64,000 bases of DNA from a bacterium. GTDB taxonomy: Bacteria; UBA10199; 2-02-FULL-44-16; JAAZCA01. Position 1 is the first letter of the stretch; each line of letters starts with the position of its first letter. Shown here one piece after another: positions 1 through 8,764 of the stretch. The notes under the pieces are model-generated. The model made no database searches. It had not been told where the DNA came from and saw only the letters and a list, made by a program, of their open reading frames with translations. The DNA is taken from contig CAXXGI010000002.1 in assembly GCA_963674695.2 (NCBI GenBank), forward strand, positions 256,001 to 320,000, in the 5' to 3' direction. Made by a program: the position numbers and the translations under genes.

Positions 1-1
1 T

Positions 2-394
2 ATCTTCTTCTATGGGCGGTACGGTGACCGACTCCAATCGATCTTCACGAAAGAGGAGGCCGAGCTCAAAGAGGAAGGCCTCATGACGCCGTGGGCGCTG
101 GCCAAGCGCTATCGCGTGCGCGGGCGCTGCTATGGTTCCGGCCCCTTCAGCGGGGCGACGCTGGGCAACATTCAGGACTGGCTCGATCCAAAGGCCTGTC
201 CAGAAGCCGAGGTGCGCTTCTCCGTCGGAGGCTTGAGCGTCACGGCGGGTTGGACGGTCGGTGAAAAGGATTCCGAGTTGGCCGAGCTCGTCGGCATCGA
301 GAGCGATCGCAAGACCCCCGATATCGTTTTGGAAGGGGAGATGATTCCGACGATCACGCTCGTCGATGTCGAATTGGAACTGGAAGGATTGTAA
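2..394 (+). CDS. 5'-truncated hypothetical protein; C-terminal domain paralogous to 421..1422 and 4285..5664
   Basis: Frame is open from position 2 to TAA at 394. The motifs W..AKRY.V.GR, VR...GG.....GW and D.VL.G...P...LVD align with the C-terminus of the next ORF. Confidence 0.75.
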   Translation: MFFYGRYGDRLQSIFTKEEAELKEEGLMTPWALAKRYRVRGRCYGSGPFSGATLGNIQDWLDPKACPEAEVRFSVGGLSVTAGWTVGEKDSELAELVGIESDRKTPDIVLEGEMIPTITLVDVELELEGL

Positions 395-420
395 CAGAAA
401 CGGAAAGGGAGGATAACAAC

Positions 421-1422
421 ATGGCAAGCAAAATCAACAACCCCAGACAGGCGCGGGTGGCGTGTCGGGAAAAGTTCGAAAAGGGGAGCGACGAACGCCT
501 GCTCTGCTTGAAAAACGTCAAGGCCTGCACGAAGGCGAACAAGGCCGACGCGAGCGAGTTCGTCTTTGCAAGCGATGCGGGAAAAGAGGTCACCAGGCAG
601 AGCTTCAAAGGCTGTCTGCGCTATGCCCCGACGGCGGCACGCAAGGGCATGTCGCTGGTGAAGGATCAGGGCAGCACGCCGCGCGCGGAGAAGAAGCCCT
701 CGAGGAAGCGGCGTGGGCCGAAGCGCAGGTCCGCTCCTTCGGATGGGGGTCGCACATCGGTGTCGACACTTCGGCCGGAGAAGGTGGAATTTGCATTCAA
801 CAATAAAAGTAAAGTTCGCGCACTCTATCGCGACAGCGCTCATGGCGACATGGTCTGCTCATTTCGTCTCCTGGGCGATGGAGGTGTGAAGGGATATAAA
901 TCGCTTAAGGGGGCAAGTCCTCGCTTGGATAGCTGTCGCCCTCACGGTAAAGGAAAAGGGGATGCACCGATAGCGCTGGCCAAGCGCGAGCGTGGTGCGC
1001 TTACGCGATCGGCCCGGAAATTTATTGGAGAGTCAGCCGAGGCGATGGAGAAGAATTTCGGTCTCTTCGATAGATCGCTTGGTGCGCGTTCGATCGATTC
1101 CTTTTGGAAACAGGCGAAGCGCTATGGAGTCAAGGGGAGGAAGTCGGGCGAAGATGTATGGACCAAGATCCGTTCCCAGCAGGAGCTCAAGGGACGCCTG
1201 GTGGGGAAGCGCCCGGAGGTCGGACATGTTCGTATGATGCTTGGCGGAACCGAGGCCATCCTAGGGTGGGGGGCCATGTTCTCGAAGGAAGCCGGAAAGA
1301 ACCTCGCGGAAGGCACATATCCCGGGTGCCTGGATGTGGTCCTGACCGGTTCGAATATGCCGATAACGGTGTTGGTCGATCCCGAAGAGCTCTGCTGTGA
1401 TAAGGTAAAGTGGATTGACTGA
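421..1422 (+). CDS. Hypothetical protein with Cys-rich PRQAR N-terminal module and basic linker
   Basis: 333 aa ORF with GGGAGG SD upstream. First 79 aa are 63/79 identical to the 4285 protein. Confidence 0.85.
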   Translation: MASKINNPRQARVACREKFEKGSDERLLCLKNVKACTKANKADASEFVFASDAGKEVTRQSFKGCLRYAPTAARKGMSLVKDQGSTPRAEKKPSRKRRGPKRRSAPSDGGRTSVSTLRPEKVEFAFNNKSKVRALYRDSAHGDMVCSFRLLGDGGVKGYKSLKGASPRLDSCRPHGKGKGDAPIALAKRERGALTRSARKFIGESAEAMEKNFGLFDRSLGARSIDSFWKQAKRYGVKGRKSGEDVWTKIRSQQELKGRLVGKRPEVGHVRMMLGGTEAILGWGAMFSKEAGKNLAEGTYPGCLDVVLTGSNMPITVLVDPEELCCDKVKWID

Positions 1423-1432
1423 TTGAAGGGCA

Positions 1433-4090
1433 TCATTCATCAATCGGTCGCTCTGTCTCGCTATAAACATCCTCATAATAAGCGGCCGATTCCTGGACCT
1501 TCTCGTCCGGATGTGCAGCCATGACCTGAATGATCCTCCGCAACGCATTTCGGCGTGCTCTATTGCCGTTATAGATCTCATCGAGAAGGCCCTCAGCTTC
1601 ATCGATGGCCTTGGCCGGGATGCGAGACATATTCTCTTCCAGCCATTCTACGCCGATCTCTGAGGGTAGGCGAAAGGCGATCTCGACGCGCACGCGCATC
1701 GCTGTCGAGCGATCACGCATCTTCGCTAGAATTCGCTGTTGCAGACGAGGTTCAAGCGCATCGAACCGCGATGCGAGGTTGCGCAGCGCGCCAATACGCG
1801 CCTTATCCTGCGCTGTTCTATCTTCATCGAAGGCGATCGTTTCTAGATCCTCCACGTTGTGAATTTTCTCCATCGCCCGCTGTACTATCTTGCCGGAGTT
1901 TGGCCCGTATGTTTTCCAATTGAATGGATCGAGGTGAAATGGGTCAAAGCGTGGATGCCGCCACATGGCCTCTCGCGCGCTCTCTCGAAGATCGGGGTCG
2001 GAACTCTCTGCGAGTTTGACGAGGATGGGAACGAACGCCTCGCGATGGGGGATCTCCTCGATGGCCTCCTCCCGGATGATCTCCGGTGTTTCCGGTGAAC
2101 AGAGGCGTGAGAAGTATTCAACATCTCCCGAGAAGGGAACACGCGAGAGCAGGGAGATGAGTCGTGAGGATGCGAGCTTCTTCTCATCATTGGAGGTGCG
2201 CAATGTCTCGATTCGCGAGATGATTGTCGTGGCGAGCTGCTTGTTCTCCTGTGGTGTAGCCTCAGACGCCATCCAGTGCTCATCGAGGAATCGGAACATC
2301 TCCGTCGTAAGAACCGGTGCCGATGCGAAAAGCTGCGCGACAAGGTGATGCGCCCGACGGGGGCTCACGTTCTGACGAATCGTGTCACCCCAGAAATCGA
2401 ATGCCCTGTCTCTGGCGAGGCGCAGCTTGAGAGGTACGTGCGGTGAGTGCATAAACGCCTCGATGGCACGCGCGCGTTCATCGATGTCCTTCCACGGAAG
2501 ATCATCCTCGCCTGCCAATCGTTTTTGAAGATTCGGCTCGATCGTGTTGTCGAAGACCATCGCGATCAACTCGCGACCGAATTGGGCGCGGGCGGCGTCG
2601 TTTGCAGCAACGATACCGCGCACAAATGCCGATGGCTTTCGCTGGGCGATGGCCACTCGTGCGATTTGGCGCAGCTCGGGATCGTTCACATCGACAGAGC
2701 TCCCCGCTTTGAATTGAGTGAAGGGATCGTTCGGCAACTCCCCATCGCGCAGCGCTCGCATGAGGACGGCGCGACATGCAAGCGCCAGTTTTTCTTCATC
2801 ATGACTCCATTCCTCTTCGTGCTTTAAGAGCCTTGCCGCAATGAGCGCGCGCAGTGCGAGCGGGAGTTCTTCGTTCTCCAATCTCCCATGAAGGGCAGTT
2901 TCTGCAGCACCGCTCAACCAGTTTCGGTGCTTCACGATGCCCATGAGTTCAGAGATCGCCATATCCTGCGCTGCCAGGGGGCGCGTAGCATCATCGACGA
3001 TGCCGATCAGAAACGCGGTGCGCTCATTCATGGGGAGCGTCTGGGCGAACACCCGTACTGCTGCGACTTGATCGTTGGGTGAGCCCTTCTCGAGCCAGCG
3101 CCTCGCGCGCTTTTCCGGATCTCGCTCGGAAAGTGTCTGGCGCGTTGCCCGATGGATGTCGTTTGGCTGTCCGAGGTCGATTCCCTCTTTGGGCAGTCCC
3201 CATCCGAAGAGGCGCAGATGGGGGATGGGCGTGCGTCCATCCAGAGGTGCGAATTGCGACGGATCTTTGTTTTCGGCGATGACGAAGCGATAGCGTCCAT
3301 CGGCCTGCGCGTGAAAAGCGGGTTTGTTCTCTTGGCACGCATCGCACCAGGGCGCGGAGAAGAGGACGACGGTGTAGAGCCCCGCCTCGGGTTTGGCCAG
3401 CAGCGTATCGAGCGCGTCCGGCGTTGCCACCGAGATGACCGCAGCATCGAACGGTTGTTCATCGATGGCAGCGCCCGTAAAATAGACTGAGAGCGAATAC
3501 TCCGGGACGTTGCTCTCCCGGGTCGCCCAGTCGAAGCGTTCGCGCCATGAGATGACGCCGTCGCCGTCGTCGTCGGCTTTCTTCGATGGATTCCAGAAAC
3601 GCGGGGCGAAGGGGTGACAGAAATCCGTGAGCCCCTTCCCTGAGAGCGTGATCAATCGCACGGTGGGATCATCGGCGAAGAGCGTGGCAAAACTTCCGCT
3701 CATGCACTCGTCCATCACCACCGTCGTCTCACAGGGAAGGCGCACGATATCGGTGACAAACTCCGAGGCATAGAGCTTTCGATCGCTGAGGACGACGCCG
3801 GGCTCGCCATCTCGAATGGCGCCGTGGCCCGTGACATAGACCACGACCTCGTCGTCGGCGTCGACCATCGCTCCATCGGTGAGTTTTCCGATGGCGGCCA
3901 ACGCGGTCTTGGCGTCGCCGTCTTCGTAATATTCATCCGGTGAGACGACGATCACCTCATAGCCTTGGCGGGTGAGATCGGCGCGCGCGAGGTCGACGTT
4001 CTCCTGGTGGTGTGGGGCGCTATCCCCATTGATGATGAGGGCATAGCGACGCACGCGTCCATCGCCGGTGGTGTGAGAAGGGGTGACCAT
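1433..4090 (-). CDS. Caspase/legumain-fold (clan CD) peptidase + EF-hand + thioredoxin + helical (HEAT-like) repeat protein
   Basis: RRYALIING, VVYVTGHG (His), VVMDECMSG (Cys), DDDGDGVISWRE (EF-hand loop), FSAPWCDAC (CxxC), long helical C-terminus. Start chosen at MVTPSH (4090). Confidence 0.8.
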   Translation of the reverse strand: MVTPSHTTGDGRVRRYALIINGDSAPHHQENVDLARADLTRQGYEVIVVSPDEYYEDGDAKTALAAIGKLTDGAMVDADDEVVVYVTGHGAIRDGEPGVVLSDRKLYASEFVTDIVRLPCETTVVMDECMSGSFATLFADDPTVRLITLSGKGLTDFCHPFAPRFWNPSKKADDDGDGVISWRERFDWATRESNVPEYSLSVYFTGAAIDEQPFDAAVISVATPDALDTLLAKPEAGLYTVVLFSAPWCDACQENKPAFHAQADGRYRFVIAENKDPSQFAPLDGRTPIPHLRLFGWGLPKEGIDLGQPNDIHRATRQTLSERDPEKRARRWLEKGSPNDQVAAVRVFAQTLPMNERTAFLIGIVDDATRPLAAQDMAISELMGIVKHRNWLSGAAETALHGRLENEELPLALRALIAARLLKHEEEWSHDEEKLALACRAVLMRALRDGELPNDPFTQFKAGSSVDVNDPELRQIARVAIAQRKPSAFVRGIVAANDAARAQFGRELIAMVFDNTIEPNLQKRLAGEDDLPWKDIDERARAIEAFMHSPHVPLKLRLARDRAFDFWGDTIRQNVSPRRAHHLVAQLFASAPVLTTEMFRFLDEHWMASEATPQENKQLATTIISRIETLRTSNDEKKLASSRLISLLSRVPFSGDVEYFSRLCSPETPEIIREEAIEEIPHREAFVPILVKLAESSDPDLRESAREAMWRHPRFDPFHLDPFNWKTYGPNSGKIVQRAMEKIHNVEDLETIAFDEDRTAQDKARIGALRNLASRFDALEPRLQQRILAKMRDRSTAMRVRVEIAFRLPSEIGVEWLEENMSRIPAKAIDEAEGLLDEIYNGNRARRNALRRIIQVMAAHPDEKVQESAAYYEDVYSETERPIDE

Positions 4091-4222
4091 ATATAATAGG
4101 AGTATCGACCGATCGAGGGGGCAGAGTTGCGTGTGATGTGAGAGGTGAGCGACAGTCGATCTGTCGCGCCGCACGTCAATTTGACATGGCGCATTTTCAC
4201 CCGTTGCATCATAGCAATTACA

Positions 4223-4250
4223 CGCAACATTCTGTGTTATTCGCCGATAA
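4223..4250 (+). promoter_or_regulatory. Putative sigma28-like promoter
   Basis: CGCAAC-N14-GCCGATAA; GCCGATAA is the canonical FliA -10 element. Confidence 0.55.
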
Positions 4251-4284
4251 AAAAGGTAAGGGGTCTGCAGAGGAGAAGACGGTC

Positions 4285-5664
4285 ATGGGAAATGAAATCA
4301 ACAGCCCCCGCCAAGCGCGGGTGGCCTGCCGAAAAGTGTTTGAAAAAGGAGGCGACGGGCGTCGCCTCTGTTTGAAAAACGTCACGGCCTGTTCGAAGGC
4401 GAACAAGGCCGACGCGAGCGAGTTCGTCTTTACAAACAATGCGGGAAAAGAGGTCACCAAACAGAGCTTCAAAGGCTGTCTGCGCTATGCCCCCAAAGCG
4501 GCGCGCAAGGGGATGTCGCTGCGTGGCGAGGAAGGCGATGCGCCGAAGACAAAGAAGAAGCGCAAGAAATCCTCCCGGCGTTCATCGAAGAAGGGCACAC
4601 CTGCGCGTGAGTCGAGCAAGCGCGACAGGATATCACGAAAGAAGGGCGCTCAGAAAAAACCGGAAAAGATTGAACGATTTATTCGAGGAAAGAATGGACA
4701 GCGCGAGCCAAACCCCCGTTCCTGTGCAAACACCGATCGGTCCGTCGTGACACAGATGCATTCGAAACTCGATTTCGTTCACGGCACTGAGTTCGTCGAC
4801 CAGATGACGATGGGAATGCACATGAGTAAGTGCAGTGAGCTGGAAGCGGGGAGCGAGGACTGCGGTTTTTGCCTCCAGGCGGTCAACGAGTGCATGCGCG
4901 CGGCCGTCTTCGGTAATCGGTTTGCGCTCTACAAGGCGGACGGAACGGTGGAAGCATTGAGTTTCATAACAGAGGATGCCAATGACTGTATCGATCACTG
5001 GCGTGCGTTGAAAAGAGATGAGGGGAGCCACATCGGTCTGTCGCGCGTGAAGCTCTCCAGCGATGACATCGATGCGGCGGTCAAGGAGGTGTTCGTGGAG
5101 TTTTCCACGAGGCGCACCTCCGTTCTGATCGAGCGCGGCGGCCACGATCTGATCTGTCAGCAGGATGCAAAAAAACCCTCGGAATGGCAGTGTCATGAGG
5201 GCGGGAAGTCGGTGATGGTCGCGCCGAAGGGGACGTTCGACATCGATATCGGCCGGGATGATACAGAGAACCCCCTCAGTTCCTCGCTCGGTTTCCTCCT
5301 GTCGGCATTGACGAGCGTTGACCTCGAACGGGCCAGTGGCGCCCAGAGCGTTGCCCTCTCGCTGATCACCGCCATGCAGGCAGACCCGAAGCTGGATATC
5401 GCCTGGGTCTATGAGAGTGCCAAGGCGAAGGAGAGAAGGCCAAGAGATGTGAACGAAGTGCGTGCCGCCATCAGGGGCGAGGGGCGCTTCAAGAAGGGGA
5501 GCGTCCAGTTCGATCTGGGCGTGGGCAAGATCTTCATGGGCAATCGCATCGCCGGGGATCTCTCGGATGTCGTCAAGGCCGAAGGCTTGAAAGACGATCC
5601 CAAAAAGATCGACATCGCCATCAGCGACGGCCGCCGCACGATCATCCTCAAGGATGTGCGATGA
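4285..5664 (+). CDS. Hypothetical protein with PRQAR N-terminal module, second degenerate Cys module and shared C-terminal domain
   Basis: Start MGNEINSPRQAR after AGGAG SD; near-duplicate N-terminus of the 421 protein. Confidence 0.85.
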   Translation: MGNEINSPRQARVACRKVFEKGGDGRRLCLKNVTACSKANKADASEFVFTNNAGKEVTKQSFKGCLRYAPKAARKGMSLRGEEGDAPKTKKKRKKSSRRSSKKGTPARESSKRDRISRKKGAQKKPEKIERFIRGKNGQREPNPRSCANTDRSVVTQMHSKLDFVHGTEFVDQMTMGMHMSKCSELEAGSEDCGFCLQAVNECMRAAVFGNRFALYKADGTVEALSFITEDANDCIDHWRALKRDEGSHIGLSRVKLSSDDIDAAVKEVFVEFSTRRTSVLIERGGHDLICQQDAKKPSEWQCHEGGKSVMVAPKGTFDIDIGRDDTENPLSSSLGFLLSALTSVDLERASGAQSVALSLITAMQADPKLDIAWVYESAKAKERRPRDVNEVRAAIRGEGRFKKGSVQFDLGVGKIFMGNRIAGDLSDVVKAEGLKDDPKKIDIAISDGRRTIILKDVR

Positions 5665-5682
5665 GCCGGAGGAGAGTTTCCC

Positions 5683-6216
5683 ATGGGAAATGAGATTACG
5701 ACACCGCGCCAGGCGCGTATCCAGTGTCGGCGCATGTTCGATGGCGATGAGGAGAAGCGCTGTCTGGACAACGTCAAGGTCTGCACGAAGAAGTACAAGG
5801 AAAGTGCAAAGGATGCGGATACCAAAGATCGGTACGAGGCCTGCCTGACCGATGCGGTGAAGGCCGTTGAGGAGGGCCGGTCGCGGCAGCGCCCATCGAG
5901 CACAACGGAAAAGCCGAAGAAGAAGGCTCCAAAACAAGATCAGACACAAAAAACAGACACCGCCGATACATCGAAGGGCAGGCGTCAGCGGATCGAAGAA
6001 TGCCTGCGCGCATGCGTCCGATGGGTTGAGCAGGCCGGGAAGAAAAACGAATGGGAAAAAGACTGTCAGTATTATTGCCCAATCCACGCCTCCGATGCGG
6101 AGGGGACGGCCACATTCATCGAATGCCTGGAGAATGATACGGCTTCGAGGGCGTACCGAAATACCATGAGTACGTGCAGTCAGAACGCACGCAAGGCGGA
6201 GCGTCGGCAGAAATAG
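5683..6216 (+). CDS. Small Cys-rich hypothetical protein with diverged PRQAR N-terminal module
   Basis: MGNEITTPRQARIQC...CLDNVKVC...ACL; GGAGG SD upstream. Confidence 0.85.
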   Translation: MGNEITTPRQARIQCRRMFDGDEEKRCLDNVKVCTKKYKESAKDADTKDRYEACLTDAVKAVEEGRSRQRPSSTTEKPKKKAPKQDQTQKTDTADTSKGRRQRIEECLRACVRWVEQAGKKNEWEKDCQYYCPIHASDAEGTATFIECLENDTASRAYRNTMSTCSQNARKAERRQK

Positions 6217-6339
6217 TTCTCGAGATGAGAGATGATGTCAGACAGAGCTGACAAAGGTCTTCTTCCTTCGACAGACTCAAGATAAATGGTTTTGTTTCAA
6301 CGCATTGACTTCCCCCGGGAGCGGTCGTAGAACCCCCTT

Positions 6340-7089
6340 ATGTCCTCCATCTCCCTGGCGGTCGTGGCCGCGCTTTCCGATGAGATCAAGCTTCTGCGTT
6401 CGCGCTTGAACGCCGATGCCACCGTGCATCGCGGTTCCGCCCTCTTTCTGCGCGGCGAGATCGACAACCACCCCTTGCTGCTGGCGCGCTCGGGGCTCGG
6501 TCGCGAGGCGATGCGGCGGGCTATTGCCTATCTCATCGAACAGTATCGTCCGAAATGTGTCCTGCACATCGGCTATTGCGGCGGCGCCGATCCGGGGCTT
6601 GGCGTAGGCGATCTCCTCGTCGCCGAGACGGTGGTCGATGCGGGGAGTGCTGAGCGCTTTTGTGCCGATGCGGCACTCGTCACCCGCGCTGAGCGCATCT
6701 GCGGCGATGCCAAGCTGCGCGCGCGTCGAGGGACGCTGGTGACAAGCGCGGATGTCATCCCGGCACCGCACGAGAAGGCCTTCATCGGTACGCAGCACGA
6801 AGCGCATGCGGTCGATATGGAGAGTGCAGACCTGGCACGCGCGTGTGGTGATGCGGGCATTCCCTGGTGTGTCGTGCGCGCCGTCCTCGATCCGCTGAGC
6901 GAGGCCCTGCCCGAGATGGAGGGGGCGGTGACCGCATCCGGCGAAACGGATGGGCCCGCACTCGCCGCACATCTCATGTGGAACCCGCGCGACCTGATGA
7001 AGCTTCCGCGTATGGGATATCTGGCCAATCGGGCGCGCGGGGCGCTCACCGATTTCGTCCTGGCCTGGCTCGCGGGAGGCGAAGGATGA
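6340..7089 (+). CDS. Nucleoside phosphorylase / MTA-SAH nucleosidase family protein (PNP_UDP_1; HpnG-like)
   Basis: SGLG, GYCGG, GDLLVA, VDMESA and VRAVLD motifs. Confidence 0.8.
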   Translation: MSSISLAVVAALSDEIKLLRSRLNADATVHRGSALFLRGEIDNHPLLLARSGLGREAMRRAIAYLIEQYRPKCVLHIGYCGGADPGLGVGDLLVAETVVDAGSAERFCADAALVTRAERICGDAKLRARRGTLVTSADVIPAPHEKAFIGTQHEAHAVDMESADLARACGDAGIPWCVVRAVLDPLSEALPEMEGAVTASGETDGPALAAHLMWNPRDLMKLPRMGYLANRARGALTDFVLAWLAGGEG

Positions 7090-8021
7090 AGCGTGCCGCG
7101 CTCATCGTTTTAAAACTCATTCTCCTTGCGGCGATACTCATCGCCATCGCACTCGTCGTGCGCGATGCGCGCGACACGATGCCCCCCGATCGATACGTTG
7201 CCGATGCATCCGCGGCGTTTAAGTTTAAAGAGGCCGCACGCTTTCTTCCCGCCGATGCCGATCTCTGGATCGCCATCGATCTCGCCGCACTTTCACAACA
7301 CGTCTCCCTGCGCGATCACCTGATTGCACTTGCCGGCGATCAGGGCGGCATGGTGGGCGATCTGTCCGCCCTGCTCCTGCAGCCTGCCGGCTCGATGGGG
7401 ATGGCCGTCGTCGTTGGCCGCATGGGCGAGGAAGGATCGCCGCCCGCATTCGCCCTCATCCTGCAGGGGCGCTTCGATGAGGCGAGCCTCCTTCCCACCG
7501 TGCGAGGGATGTTGGCTTCGCAAGCGGATGGCATGGAAGAGCGTCCTTGCGGCGAACGGGCGCTCTTCGTTGAACGTGATACAGAGGCCCCCTTCGGCTT
7601 CATGCTGCTCGATGCAACGCACCTGATCGTGGGCGAAGCCCGAACGATCGAGGCCTTCTTCGGCGCGGGGGGGAAGCCGGCGGCATCCGCTTCCCTCGAT
7701 GGCGTCCAGCCCCAGGGGATCATCTTCGGAGCGCTCACCCTCGGGCCGCGCCTGCGCGCCCTGTTGCCCAGCATCTTTGCCGACATCCCCTCGGTGACGT
7801 TTGCGAGCATCGATCTCAAACAGTTGGTGGCAACTCTTCCCTGTACGAATGCCGATGAAGCCGCACGGCTCACCCTCTTCCTCGAAGGGATGCGTTCGCT
7901 CATCCTCCTCCAACAGCAGGGCAACCAAGCACTCGCCGCCGTGCTCGATCACTGCGCCATCTCAAGCGAGGCAAACGCCGCGCACATCACCTGCACCCTT
8001 CCCTTCAGCGCCGTGCAGTGA
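7086..8021 (+). CDS. Membrane-anchored hypothetical protein
   Basis: ATGA overlap with the upstream stop; N-terminal hydrophobic helix MKRAALIVLKLILLAAILIAIALVV. Confidence 0.75.
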   Translation: MKRAALIVLKLILLAAILIAIALVVRDARDTMPPDRYVADASAAFKFKEAARFLPADADLWIAIDLAALSQHVSLRDHLIALAGDQGGMVGDLSALLLQPAGSMGMAVVVGRMGEEGSPPAFALILQGRFDEASLLPTVRGMLASQADGMEERPCGERALFVERDTEAPFGFMLLDATHLIVGEARTIEAFFGAGGKPAASASLDGVQPQGIIFGALTLGPRLRALLPSIFADIPSVTFASIDLKQLVATLPCTNADEAARLTLFLEGMRSLILLQQQGNQALAAVLDHCAISSEANAAHITCTLPFSAVQ

Positions 8022-8056
8022 AGCCCTGATCGGCTGGAATGCTCCGTACTTCCTTG

Positions 8057-8439
8057 CCCGCAATCCACACCCTTCCCTTCGTCGCTCGGGCGCGCTCGCC
8101 TCCCTCGGAGCCTGTCGAAGAACCCTCCGGCTGCAAATTTCGCTGGCATCTGCCTGACAGCGTCAGATTTCGCGAAAAACCCATCAATGTAGCTACGGCT
8201 ACACCTCCTGGTTTTTCACTCATCTTCCTTGTCAGTCAGCGCCATCGAAATTTTCGCTTTCGTCGGGTTCTTCGACAGGCTCCGGCGCCACAAAAAGAGC
8301 GCAGGTTTCAACGACGTGCGTTCGATGTCCTCCTTACGTCGGCCCCGAACGCACGAAACCTGTCGCTCTTTTTGCGACTCATACGGTCGGTCTCGCAAAC
8401 GCGCCTTTAGGCTCCTCCGGGAAGGGTGTGGATTGCGGG
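8057..8439. repeat. Nested long palindromic element
   Basis: Perfect 21-bp IR 8057-8077/8419-8439 encloses a perfect 20-bp IR 8106-8125/8265-8284 and a further hairpin 8291-8374. Confidence 0.85.
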
Positions 8440-8552
8440 ACGAGAAAAGACGATCGTGATTCCGCTGATGAGAATGCCTCGCATGTGCGCCTCGCGCTAA
8501 GTGCGCGCATGAGCTTTTCCAACCAGTTGGGTCACGAGTGTCTTTCCCTTGA

Positions 8553-8700
8553 AGACAACGCCCTGGAGACTCTTCTGTGGGGATCTCTTCTTTCATCGCA
8601 ATCGAAGCCTATAATGATGCGATGGAAGAAGAAAAAGCCGTCGAGGCGGCGTGTGAGCCGAGGCGGCGGTCCCCATAGAAGAGTCTCCAGGGCGTTGTCT
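8553..8700. repeat. 148-nt palindromic element, copy 1
   Basis: About 30-bp terminal stem; core nearly identical to 15763..15910. Confidence 0.9.
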
Positions 8701-8764
8701 CACGGTTGAACGATTTTACGGCCTCATGGTTCCACAGCTTTGCCACGAAGGTGCAGATTTCGGT

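Noticed and set aside
421-4521. Diversity-generating retroelement TR/VR pair
   Set aside because: Differences are not confined to adenines, both copies are gene 5' ends, and no reverse transcriptase is present.
1433-6216. Gasdermin-caspase or CHAT-CRISPR system
   Set aside because: The neighbours show no recognisable gasdermin or Cas features by eye; a structure search would be needed to exclude this fully.
8005-8709. Short ORFs in the palindromic intergenic regions (also 15447-15914)
   Set aside because: They overlap inverted-repeat elements, have no SD or recognisable domains, and their shared peptides merely reflect the DNA repeat.
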